The translations under genes and the position numbers were made by a program. A stretch of 64,000 nt of DNA from Takakia lepidozioides (lineage: Eukaryota; Plantae; Bryophyta): the NCBI GenBank assembly GCA_030704615.1, contig CM060734.1, positions 37,262,001 through 37,326,000 on the forward strand, in the 5' to 3' direction. The notes beneath the pieces were generated by a model. It saw only the letters and a program-made list of their open reading frames with translations, was not told the origin of the DNA and searched no databases. Positions 21,700-34,495 of the stretch are shown here, in pieces (position 1 is the stretch's first letter; each line of letters begins with the position of its first letter).

Positions 21700-22830
21700 G
21701 ATGATAGCAGCTATGTGCTTGTATCCCACTGCATAAGTGTGTTGACCTCGTTGAAATTCATAGTGGCCTGAATGAAGATGTCGCACTTGGGATCACAAAC
21801 CATCCTCTTCAAGAATATGAAATACAGATGTTTGCAGGGTATGAATTTGCCTCTCTTTCCCTAACTAGTTGAAAGTATGCCAACAAAATTCGGATAGGTG
21901 CAATTGGGGAAATTCAAAACAGTGATGTCGTATGATTTGTTCTGCAGAGCAGATGTCGATGTCATCATTGTGTAGACCCGACCATACTCCGGATCGGGAA
22001 CTTCTGTAACACTAGCTTGAAGCATTCTTGCGGATTCTATCTTGCCGAAGTATTCTGCGGTTGGAGGGAAACGTCGAACCAGGTTTCCATTCCGTTTAGT
22101 TGGATGTAAATGAGCGTCTGCAGGAGGCACTCGAGAACTGCCAGAACTCGATGCACTTGCACTTACAGTGGGTTGTCGTGCAAAGGAGAAGCCTACATCC
22201 TCAAGCATTACAATCTCCTGAGTTGTGAGATCTGTCCTCACCTTCACAAGCCAAACGCTTGGTGGAGAAGGCTTCACGACCACCAATGGTCGCACAATCC
22301 CACGCACGCATCTAACCACAGTCGTCAGTGCATAACCATAATTTGTGGTTCTTTGTCTCTGGTTTCCTGTATGGGCGAAACAAACCAGAGAAAGTTGGAG
22401 GCAGATCCATGCACTAGCTCTGGATATGAATGACATGCACTTTTTCGAATGTGGTGGCCCGGAGCACCAAACGTTTCATTTGAGACCCAACACTGGTGCG
22501 TTTTATGTGCCAAACGTCATTGGGGCACATGGACTCCACCACATTGGGGAGCATGTTCTTCTCCCATAATACCATTGCATTGACAGTGGGAGATGCAGGG
22601 GTTTGGCGTTGTGACGAAGGTTCCTCCGTAGTGGACGTTTCGAAAAATTGATCTCTGATGGAAGAAAACACGCGGCATTGAGAAGTTGTCCATGTCCGCC
22701 CTGTGCGAACCCGCATCCGAACCAGGAGGGGTGTTCAATTTCCGCTTACAAGAGCCGAATCTCTCTTTGCCTTCCAGATGCAGAACACAAGACATAAGAG
22801 GGGTTACATCGGCACACATGCTGACCGCCC
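21700..22830 (-). mobile_element. Degenerate MULE-like SWIM-domain ORF (relic 2, homologous to relic 1)
   Basis: WHIKRT, WLVKVRTDLTTQEIVMLEDVGF, EYGRVY..YDITVLNFPNCTYPNF..*GKRGKFIPCKHLYFIF; stops and frameshifts present. Confidence 0.6.
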
Positions 22831-23001
22831 CAGCTATAATTTCTTGAAAACCGGGACTCTCAGCTCTAACGGTCCCGATTTATTAAAAAATATTTAATAA
22901 ATCGGTACCGCCAAAGTTGGCGGTTCAGATTAATTAAATATTTTCTCAAAAATCGGGACTGCCAAAGCTAGTGGTTCCGATATAACTAGGGGGGGCTGAA
23001 T

Positions 23002-23253
23002 GTGCATAAAAGTGTGTCTGGATCGGGTGCTGAAAGTACAGGAGTACATGTCAGAACAACAACAATTCTGAATGATTATAGGGATATGTTTTCTGAAGAA
23101 ATCCCTGGAATGCCTGTTGTATGTGATATTGATCATGCTATCGAGTTGGTGGCTGATTCAATACCATTTGCACGAGCACCCTATCGACACTCAATTGCAG
23201 AAAACGAAGAGCTTGAAAAACAATTGAGTGACTTGCTTGAGAAAGAGAAGTAG
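23002..23253 (+). mobile_element. Ty3/Gypsy pol fragment (protease-RT linker), followed by a purine tract and TGTAAC (possible 3' LTR from 23264)
   Basis: ILNDYRDMFSEEIPGMP..IDHAIEL..ARAPYRHS..EELEKQLSDLLEK is typical Gypsy pre-RT sequence. Confidence 0.75.
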
Positions 23254-25910
23254 AAAAGAGGAATGTAACAATTTCCTTCTTGTTAGTCGAACTGAAATTT
23301 AGGCTTCACCGTGAGTGAGATCGTTCTATTTCTGGCATATGATGTTTCAATTGAACTGAACCACACTTGAATTTTCATGTTTCAGTGTGAAGAGTTCAAC
23401 GTACATCTTATGAGCGTAATCTCCAAGGAGGTAGTTAGCTAAAGAACGACAATCTAAATTTCTCTAATTCTAATCTCTCAATATATTCTCTCATTTCTAA
23501 TCTCTCTACTGTAATGGCTAGATTCTCGCTGCCTACCTTTTCGACATTTGGATGGACAGACGCTGGATGATGACCGTTGGAAAAGGGCTTGGATGAAACC
23601 AGCTGGAAACAATCTATTTTTAAACTAAGTATTGTCTTATATTAACAGCTAGCTTATCTCTAAGATAGAATGAGGTGGCGTCCTATCTGGACAGACACCC
23701 GGATGGAATCCAAACAACCAATCAGGGCTTGCCACTTGGTGGGATGAGATTGTGGGCCTTTGTTTATAAAAGAGATCAGCACGACGCTGAAGGCGGCGGT
23801 ATACGTTTGGTGTGAAAACCCTAGTATACCTCTGTGTAAGGTTTGGATGAAGAAAGTGTGAGTGATGATGCACTGCTAACCCATGTGAATGATTCTGACT
23901 CCTCTCCGTTGGATCCTGCCTATCTCGCTAGCCTGCTTTACTGAGCACACATCCCCGTGATAGCTCAATACCCATAGAGAAAGAGGAATAACGGGGTGGG
24001 CGAGAATGTTGGTGGAGAAGGGGTTGCAGAATTTCGTTAATCATTAGCTGCACATTCCTTCTTTGTACATCAGGTAGCTGACACTGTTGTCATGGCGGCG
24101 CTTTACTGTTTCAGTTCTCGCTCGTGTTTTTGCTTGCTCCTAGTTTTCATAGTATCTGCTTACGTTTTTGTAACTTGCGGTAATGGCCTTGTCTTCTAAT
24201 CCTCCAACTGATGCTAAGCTTAACGCGTACAAAGAAACTCCCGCTGGTCATTTTGAGTCAATTTTTGCCAACATCGTGCATGCTTCGGTGGATCCTAGCC
24301 TGGTGGTTGTATTTGATTATCCGCCTCTTGGAGGAGACCCCCGTCGCTTCTTCTCTGCCATCTGAATTGCATAGTCCTCTGCAATGTCAAAAGAGTTCGC
24401 TGAAGAAGCTGGATGAAAAACTGCATAATTCATCCACCATTTCATCCATCCCTCATCCCACCATTTTCCTATTCCTCATTCCACAAAACACGCTCCCTAC
24501 ACTATAGTAAATGATTTGGTGGGTCCACTATTGGTTCCTCCACCTTCCTAAAGTGCATTTTAAGACCTGGTGCCAACGGAAATGATCTCATCTCTCACTC
24601 CAAACCCCCTTCTACCCCTCCCAAAAGCAATGGACTTCTCGTCTTCTTTTCGTGAGCAAGGGTATGGGCCAAGTGGCCGATTCCCTATTTGACTACCTAT
24701 GACATATCAAAAAGATGGTCCCATGTGGCTTGGGCCAGCTTGGGCCGTGTGGGTTAACGCCTTATCTAACGGCTGTGGCAGCAGCCTGCGCTTGTGCTAT
24801 AGCCATTGCATGGCTATTGCCATGCTCCTCCTCTTTTGGCGCCTCATTTAAGGTCAAACCATCATGATAGGCATGATATCTTGCATGGTATCTAGAAACA
24901 CGTCATGGCTAAATCCAATGGGGTTAGCCTATCTAGCCCACACATTAGTTATGGTCCTCCTTAGCTTATATAACCTTGGGAGGCCATATATGACTAGTTC
25001 TTAGGCCTATAAATTAATTTGGGCAACAAATTAGATTATAAGCTTAAAAAAAACACAAAAGACAAGGTTGTTAGCTCTTCTACCTTCCCTCTTCCTTATA
25101 GAGGGGGTGATGCTTTACAAACGATACTCTTGAAGAGCAAAGGTGGTGAGCTTAGTAACAACTAAACCTCACTCAACCATTTTGCTTCACAAAAAAAAAA
25201 AAAACAACAACAAAGGAAAGTTTTCAACCAAACTATGCAAGCATCTACTCAAAGACTCATTGGTTAGCTTCGTGGACATCGCAAACCCTTCCATTTGTAG
25301 GCCATACCAGTAGTTGTGTTAACCCTTAAGCGCCCAGTGCCCAATGTTGACTTTTTGAAAAAAATGGACCCCAACTCAGAAAAATGAGAATATCTCAGCG
25401 CAAAAAAAGTTTTTGGGAAAATTGACCAGGCATTATGCTCATACCTACCCCTTCCAGACACCTGTAAATTTCCAGGCCAATTAGGCGAAAATCAGAGAAA
25501 CGTCACCGTTGAGTGTGGGGCCCATTTTTTGGGCCCCTCCCAAAACAATAAGGGAAATTGGAGGAATTTGCAATTTTCAATGACGGGATGAAATCTGCAG
25601 GACCTCATCCTGCTTACAGGTGTTGTCCAGCACATTGGCATTCTGATGAGCCATGGAATGCAAAAAATGGATTCATATTTTCTGATTTACAACTGGTCAA
25701 AGTAAGGGGGGTCAAAATGCCATAGGCAACAGTAGTTTTGCTGAAGCACAAAGACAGCTGGCATGTGCACATCAGCTTCCACCTGCTCTCATTCTTTTGC
25801 CCAAGTTCCACACAAGCCTAAGGCACACAAAATGGAGTCTAGCAACATGAAGACAAAGGCCAGAATCAAGCACAGCAGCCAACTACTTCATCTCCCATCC
25901 ATAGTGGGAG

Positions 25911-26285
25911 AGCATGGGTGGGATTTGAACCCACAGAGCTGCCCCAGCTGGCAGCCCATGCTGAAGGCTTTTGGCCAAGTTCCACACAATCTGCACACTC
26001 TGAAAGTTTAGAGACAATGAGGCAACCACACAAGCTTGAAGGCCAGCAAAATTCCAACACAATGAGGCAACATACAAACCTGAACACAGATAATTCCATT
26101 GTGTGAGTGGGAATTGAACCCAGTGGCCTGCCCCAACTGGCAGCTCACACAAAGAAAGACCAACATGTGGCCAGCACTAGCATCAAATCAGACTCAGAAA
26201 AACGAGAGATGAATCCACCTTTACACGCCCAATTGTGTGAGTGGGAGTTGAACCCACTAACTTGCCCCAATTGGCAACTCACACA
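25911..26285 (-). ncRNA. Three 52-nt tRNA-like (acceptor + D + T arm) structures at 25911-25962, 26100-26151 and 26234-26285
   Basis: 7-bp acceptor stems, D-like loops AGCTGG/AGTTGG/AATTGG, T loops TTCAAAT/TTCAATT/TTCAACT; compensatory substitutions between copies. Confidence 0.7.
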
Positions 26286-26777
26286 TGAACACAAGGGGGG
26301 AGACTCCTCCCCAGTAGGGAGGGAAGGAGTCTCCACCCTTGTGCGCACCCCCGCTTGATTGGGGGACTACCACATAATTATACTAGACACAAAGAAAATG
26401 GACTCAGTCCTAATTGAAACACAAAATTGTTGCAGCAAAGACCTCGGAGCTACATGAACACTAAGGCAAAAAGCTGGAGTAGCAAACAAACCATTCAGAT
26501 CAGGACTTAGTGAACCCCAATACTGCACAACCACAAAATCATACCTCTCCTTGGACTGTCAAGCGACTCTCTACGGCTGGATTCTCAGTACAAATGTTTC
26601 ATGGCTACCAACAACAAACCAACCCCCAAACACACCACTATGTTTAGAAAAAGACAGAACACCACTACATAGAAAAAGTGCCGTAAGGAGGATACCCCCT
26701 CTTTGGCATCAAAGGTCTCCACGTCTCTGCAGTAAGAAATCAACCGTATCAATTACTGAACATAGAAGTATCTATAA

Positions 26778-28932
26778 TCAGAGAAGGCTATGGCTCTTGA
26801 CAAAGCATCGTCCAAGGCACATATAGACATCTCCACACGCGTGACAAAAATACCTTTGACGCATACCGCACTGAACACACTTCCTCCTCCTACTAGTCTT
26901 GAGGGAGAAATGCACGGACCCCGGGTTGGGCACATCTGCCCCTGGCATTACTGTTCTCCTGGGAGGAACCCACCCCACAATTAGTCCCTTTGCAACCTCC
27001 AAATTGAAAAGCATGTGGCTAAGAGGAATGTGGCCCTTTCCCCTCATAAAACCCAGGTACAATATGTAAGCATTCACCAAAGAAGTGTCAACTCCATGAA
27101 AGTACAAGCGGTGCCACCATTTATGGTCCCTGGTCTGAACAGAGTAGTAACCCCGTAGCTGATCCTGAACATCCCCGCATATGCTGCTAGTAATGAACCA
27201 CAATAGGGGAGGTAGGCACAGCACGTCTTGCCCTTTTGTGCCATCTTTGTATGAAGCAATTAGGACCGACAGGGGAAATGGCAGTGGAAATCATGGTCAC
27301 CAACTTGGCATCCATCCAGGCAATAGCGGCTACTTCGCCACTTATGTGAACACGATATTCCAGCCTACCTCTCTCACCCTTCTTCCCCAAATCAAGGCAC
27401 GTAGGAAAGCCCACTTGGGAGGTTTTTACCGTGCCAGTAGCATAGATCTGTTTTGCTGCCAAATCATAGAACAGGATGGGGCTACTGAAAAAATTATCCA
27501 TCGTTACAATATGGCCCTTACCCTCAAATCCTTCTAGTAACCTTGTGACCACGCCATATCCACTGCCATGGGTCATATCATTCCCATCATCCTTCCCAAG
27601 GTAAACCTCTAACTTCTGAACATATTTGGAACATGCACCACACAAACACCACACCTTCAGACCCCACTTCACAGGCTTCTTGCTCAGGTATTGCTGGATT
27701 CGGGCATTTTTGCCCTTGTACTTCACCATTCGCTCATCCACAGTCAAATTCTGCTCGGGGCTCATGTAGGTGGTATACAAACCATTTAGTGCATCTAGCA
27801 ACCACCTCGTTTTAGCTAACTTATCAAAAGCAGGGTCAGTGTCAATAGTGCATACATCCCTGTTGTCAACAAGGTGGAGGCACCTCAGAATTGCCTCCCA
27901 TCGGTTGCGGGACATAATGCGCATGATGGAAGGGCAATTGAAGAAGACATTGTTGGCTTTCCAATACAATCTAGTACTAGGCAATTTTTTGATTCCCATG
28001 AGCATGTGAACAGCAAGCCAAGCCTTCAATTCACGGATGGTGATAGGGTACCACCATCTACCTCATTTCAGGTTTCCATTCTGGTTTTATGTCCTGGCAT
28101 ACAAGTTGGTCATGCTGCAAATTCGGTGCATGACCGACAGTGGCCAAAACAAATTGAAAAAGTCAACTGGATTTACTGAATCTCCAAAAGGCAAACAAGG
28201 ATCTGAATCCCCACCTAACCATGTAATGTCTGGCAATTCAGTAGTAGAGGAGTTCTACATGTCATCACCAAACAACTCAGCAGGACCCCACTGCTCCCAA
28301 TTGGGCGGCAAATCATATAATCCCACCTCACGCGTTGGACTCCCCGTGTCCACACAGTAGTCCATCAAGTCAGGATTGTCGATGTCAACAAGGTCATCGT
28401 CTTCTGGATTATAGTCACAATCAGAATCTGATTCACTATCATCTACTTCCCCCTCAGGCAATTCAGCTTCAGAATCCAACCCCAAGAGCTCAGGGATAGT
28501 GCACAACATTGAATCATCAAGATTACACACAACACATGACTGTGACGATACCACATGAACACCAAGGACACCAAAAAAAGAGACAGTATAATTCTCTGTA
28601 CCATTCAGGATGTCCCATGTCTTGTCTACCACAGTGCCATATCCAAATTCGTGGGCATTGCTAGACGATGCCACATCCTGAAGGTGCAGCTCAGCCACTG
28701 CCATCTTCACTGTGGATCCCAAAATCCCTATGTCATCCATAGTTTGGGAGTGACCAGCAGGATCACATATAGGATTTTGAGAGTTGCGCAAGGAGTAGGC
28801 CGAATTGCCTATCTCCTCACTCATGAAATCAAAAGAGGGTTCAATACGATTACCTCTCTCCTGGCCAGCTGTTTGAGCCTCATCGTGGCTGGCAGAAGAC
28901 GTCTGGAAGTTAGGCCAAACCTCGAGCCTCAA
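26778..28932 (-). pseudogene. piggyBac (PGBD4-like) transposase, frameshifted
   Basis: Acidic N-terminus; DDD triad LTVDERM, TMDNFFSS, DVQDQL; KKPVKWGLKVW; C-terminal Cys-rich domain CVQC..CHAC..C..C..H; stop at 27187 plus frameshifts. Confidence 0.88.
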
Positions 28933-31900
28933 AATGTCGTTTACCTCTGCGCTGAACCCAAGGGGGTCTCATTCCTCCTTGCGATCTACCCAACCCAAAA
29001 TCTCTGCGCAATGGCGCCTAAACAACTAACGAAAGTTGGAGGGCTATGGAAATCCAGGCCAACGCACACGAGCAGTTCTCTTCAAACACAAGAGGTAGTC
29101 CTCATTCAGGCACCCGACAATCCGCTCGACTTGCTCGGTTGATGCGCCCAGTGAGCGTGCCCACTTGGCAATCGATGCAGCTTGAGTCTCCAAATGCGCA
29201 GGTGCAGGAGGAGACAATACACCCGAACCCATGTTATACTATGTAGCTTCAACCTTCCTCCATCAATTTGCCTATGCACACAAGGATAAACACAAGGATG
29301 AGCTACACGATGCCCTAACTGCGCACAGTCTAGCTCAGGTATCAAACAATGAACACTGCCTTGAATGCGCACCCTGAGTATCAATGCAATGTCGGCCCAT
29401 CATCTCTCACAGCTACGGCTCAATCTCTGGCACTTGCCCACAATTTCCAAGTTTCCTCGACTGAAAGAGAAAGAGATAATGGAAGATGTAAATCGGAGCA
29501 AACCACCAACGACAACCTGTCAAGGCATCTGCAACGGCAACCTGCAACAAAGTATGGAACATGTGCGAACGCCACAACAGACGAGATCACAGCACAAGGC
29601 AAAGCGCGAGAAGGAGAGAGACGACACTCAAAACGTGGGAGCAAGCAAAAATCGCTGCAGAAGCAGATCCCACCTCCTGCGTAGCCAAAAATTGTAATCC
29701 TAACAAAAAAAAAAAAAAAACCTATTCGCGCGTTGGAATCCTGACTGCCATGTGGCTGGCATCCTACCCTCCAAAAATCAGGTTAATCGGTTAAAATCCG
29801 AGAAAATTAGAGCCGAAAAACCAAAACGTTCGGCCGAAAACGGGTCGAATGGGTGCTTAGGGGTTAATGTTTCGTCATTTCTGTAACAAATGGTCATGAT
29901 TCTGCACTATCTACGTACAACTTGACTCTCCTGGACTCAAAAACTCTCAAACAAAAATCATTGTGTTAATTTATGCACCTACAGACTGCCAGTTTTTTAT
30001 GGCACAAATGAGACTGCCAATTCATTCAATAAAAAAAATAGGACCGCGAGCTTTGGTGGTCCCGAATCTAATAAAAAATATATATGTATAATAATTTTAG
30101 AAAATGAGATCGTCAACTCTGGCGGTCACGAATTTATTTTAAAAATAATTAATTAAAAAAATATTTGAGATTGCCAACTCTGACGGTCTCCCATTATCAA
30201 GCTAATTAATTATGATAGCTGAAATGGTATTTTTAATGTTTGTTTTGTCACGTGCTGCATTTTTTTAGCTTATATGAAGATATATATAAGATATTATATA
30301 TATATATATATATATATATTTAAAGCTTACTTATTTCTTTTTTTTTAAATAGAAAATTGACGTGACGCTGACGTACGTGAGTGTCTGATCTGATGTGACC
30401 TGACGTCACGTTAGTGTGCAACCTTGGTCCATAACAGGGCCACACTGTCCTAGTTTTGGTCATTGGAAAACTATACAAGTCGGTTGAACTTATTATGGAT
30501 CAAGGTATAAGTCTATGTATACCCTCTTTCGGATTGATTCCCAAATTGAGTAATGATAGTTAAACATTTGATACCTCTTTACTTCTAGCTGCTCAATATG
30601 ATCCAAGTGTTGGGCTTTCGTGAGATTTTCATATCGCTCTGAGATCAACATTTCTTTGACAAGCCATTTTGAATACAAGAGCAACTTTCCTCGATCAAGA
30701 ACCGAATCTCCATTGAATTTCGTCAGAGAAACTCTCTAAACATATTGTGAATTTTGATTCAGTTGGGAATTCTTATTACGTCATACTATTTGTAATTTAT
30801 GCTCCGGAATATGTTTGCTTAAATCACCATATCTGAGAGCAATCTTATTGTTTCGCTGACTAATCCAGTTTTGAAGTGAGGCCAGTTCAAAGGCACAGCC
30901 GACGATCGCTGATGAAGTTCTTCACAAGTAGGAAGAGAGAATAGTGAATAGTGGAGGCGTCCATGAGGATATTCTCTCCGGTATATTTCATTGATGACAT
31001 TGTTTTATATTGATTCTTCTTAATTTTGTAGGCCGTGATATCCATGTGATTAACTTATGATATTCTACGAAATGCCTAGTAGGTTTGCCGGAGATATCTT
31101 GGTTTTTAATAGTATATTATAGAGGCCGTGCTCTCTTTTCATTTTTTTCGCTGGCGAATCGCTTTGCATTGTCACATTATCCATGTATTTTTCATTCTCC
31201 GGCAATACCCGTAGCAACATCATATTTTCTCGACTGATTTATTTCATTAGTGACACCCATTGTTTGCCTCATTATATTAAATTGTTCAATTATTGTTTGG
31301 TATTTGTGTATTTTGGATGATGTTGGTTATTGTGACTTTATTTTTTCCCTAATGTGTTATTCTTTTGATACTAATTTAGCTGTAAATATTGAAACTTGGA
31401 TCTTATAGATATACATTAGGGATGCCTATTCTCTTGTAGGAACCCTATTTCTATCATTCGGAGCTGTGGGCACATATATATTCATGTTCTACCAACCTCT
31501 GAAAATAATCAGTTGAACACTTACATGTAGTCCATGTCATTTTATAGAGCCAACTTTCTTAAGGGGTAGTAGCTGCAATATGAAGTGACTTAATTTAATT
31601 CAATTTAACGAATTTTGGATTTTTAAACCTAAATTCGGACAAAATTTAATATAATTTAAATTAATTATAAGTATTATAAAGCAATAAATCAATTATCTGT
31701 GTGAAATTACATAATGTTGACATCAAAACTGAATGATATAGTGGATAATGCATAAAATATTAATAAGCAGTGTTTTTTTTTCTGGCGAAAAATCACCAAA
31801 TTTCGATCTGAAAACACATCAGCTACTTGTACAAAAGAATTACGGGAGGTAAAATCTGATTTTTCCGCCAAAAAGCAGCGACTGATAAATTTCAGGGGCC

Positions 31901-34164
31901 TAATCTTGCCGACGTGGACCACTTAAAATGTGCCACCTGGAGTACAACTATTTTTTAACTTTGTCACCTTGATATTCTCGCCATATGGCCCCACCAACGA
32001 TTTTGAAAAACAAAACACTGTTAATAAGCACAAATATCAATGAAATAACAATGTGCAAGAAAAACAAATGTACATAGAACCTCTACAAACTTGTTTTCCT
32101 CCTTCTGTGGTCTCCGATATTTTGTTCAATTATTTTTACTTTGGGATTTTTCTCGTTTTTGTGTCTCACGCTTCATATAATTTCTCGAAAGTCCCAAAGT
32201 ACTCACACATTAGCATAGTTATCAACGAGAGCGACGTCGGAATACATTAGGTCACGTCGGACTTGATGTTGATGCGACCCGCATCACGTCAATTTTAGGT
32301 CATATAATGTGTCACATTTTTCATCCCTCTAAAAATTACATGCAAATTAATTTTAATTTTAATAAAAAAAATTGGACAAGTATTTGGTGATTGCAAGGCC
32401 GTTGCCGTAGCTCAACAGTCGCCCAACTGTCGTCATTGCCTAGCGGTCACCTCAACCAAAAAACATAAGCATAACAAAAAAACAAAATAAAAACAAGCGA
32501 CTATCACGAAAAAGTTATATAAGGCGAGTAAAGAGAGAGGGTTAACAGCCCGAGACCCCGTTGGCCACTACAGTGCCAAACAGTAGCGAAAGTGATTACA
32601 ACAACCATCTACCAAGAAAAAAAAACAAAAAAAACAATTACAACGTGCCATTACAACTTTTCAACTAACACAACATGACAACTTCAAAAATTATTATCTA
32701 AGGATCTTAGGCTCTGATTCTACTGATTTCAGATTCTATTGGGAGTATTAGCTTTATTCTCTGCTATCAACAAGAACTAGCATAGAAGGATGCTAAGAAA
32801 AATATTCTAGAACAGATCAATTTTGCTCGTATCTAATCTAATCTATGATCAGCTGTAGGGTAACCACACTATGACTACATTACAAACCAACCGTATTGCG
32901 ACATAGGATTTTTTTTTTATAGCTCATAACTACATTAATCCAACTATGAATTAAAACAAGCATTCAAGAGATGGTCTGCATAATTCTGCAACATGTAAGT
33001 TCAGCGATAATAATAAGGCTAAGGTATAAGGGACGTTTAGTGTGCTTCTAGTCGGCCTACCAGTCACCTAGAAAAAACTTGGTGGTCAGTTGTAATAAGG
33101 CACTTGGGCCGATTCCGTCCCTTCTTGAAAACAAATAAAACCTATATAATGAGGCACACTGCTGATAATAAGCCCATACGCGTTACTATGATAAAATATA
33201 ATTATATTTCGAAGATGATACTTCAATGTATTTCCTTTCAAAAGGTTATCCAAAACCTTCGAAAAAAAATGAAACGGTTGTAAAAACAAATCTAAATGTA
33301 ATCAATCGGTGAAGTATGATTATATTCTGAAAGGTTGTACTTAAAGGTGTTATCTCATGGATGGATAGTAAACCGCATCATTGATTATTATTACAGTGGT
33401 GTAACCCTAGTTTGGACGTGACGCGATGCACGTTTGGACATGTATTATAGGGTACGCTTCAAGACGTCAATGTTATGGCTATGAGCGGCCCCTCTCACAA
33501 TGTAGCCCTATAAATCAATTTATGAGATATATCAAAAAATTTCAAAAACTTTTATTTTCTCTTGGAGCATCATAATGCATTTGACCATCTTCCACTCATT
33601 TTTTTGCTATGGTTATTTCATAAGAATTGTAGCTTTAAACATTCCCTAGGGCATTGCACAATGATTTAGAGGTTTTTGTGAGGAAATGAACTGCTTCATA
33701 ATTTGTCATGAAGAGGGTTAGTTTAATATAGATTTTGGAAAAATCTTGAAAATACTGTAACATCCACATATGGGCAAAGGGATTCTAGGAGACACTAAAG
33801 AATGTTACCAGTGTCATTTTGGTGAAGAAATGAGAGAGTTTGGAGCTGTCTATGATGAGACGTGGACCGCCATGAAAGCTGCAAGAGAAGTAGCTTGAAG
33901 ACATGAATCTCACACATTCCATGTGCTAGATGACGGATCACCCATCGTCGGGTAGTCTGCCAAGGTACATTTTGAAAATGTGGCTGCATTGGCAACTGAG
34001 GCTCATACACCTGACAATATCGCGTTTTGTTTTCGAACTTGCACTAATGGCGGCCCTAACATTATGTTCTGTCGATGGTCTTTTTCACTTTGAGTGAATG
34101 ATTTGCGGTTAATACTTGATGAAACAATCTTTAAGACCAAATTATAATGCCCATTAAAAAATCC

Positions 34165-34495
34165 GCATTGCCACTATCGTCCGACGGTTGATCAGCGGTC
34201 GCCCCACCATTGCCTGTCGCGCGACGGTTGTCCCACCGTCACTCATGCTTCGGCGATCGTCCGCCCGTTGCCCAAAAAATATATATATTAAAATCAGTAT
34301 AGTCACCATCGCCCGACGGTCGCCCCACCACCGCGCGTCGCAAAAGAGGAAAAAAAAAAAGAAAAAAAAAAGGAAAAAAACGACATAGTCTCGGCGGTCT
34401 GTCGGTGGTCGCCGCCCATCACCCCGTCGTCGCTCAACCATCGCCCAACGGTCTTCATTGTCCGACTGTCGTTCGGTTGTTGTCATGACGGTCTA
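34165..34495. repeat. GC-rich degenerate short-unit repeat (tcgcccgacggtcgccccaccatcg-like) interleaved with A-tracts
   Basis: Repeated units visible; related piece at ~32400-32450. Confidence 0.5.

Larger units (their letters stand above)
25323..29863 (-). mobile_element. Full-length piggyBac-superfamily DNA transposon (4.5 kb)
   Basis: TTAA TSDs at 25319-25322 and 29864-29867; TIRs cccttaagcgccca / tgggtgcttagggg (12/14 match); internal transposase. Confidence 0.92.

Noticed and set aside
25911-26285. Canonical tRNA genes or a CRISPR-like array
   Set aside because: No anticodon arm; spacers are irregular (137 and 82 nt), no cas genes, eukaryotic context.
30480-31300. Possible decayed coding sequence on the - strand
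   Set aside because: Multiple stops and no recognisable motif.
34154-34486. 110-aa Arg/Asp-rich ORF
   Set aside because: Product of GC-rich repeats and A/T tracts.
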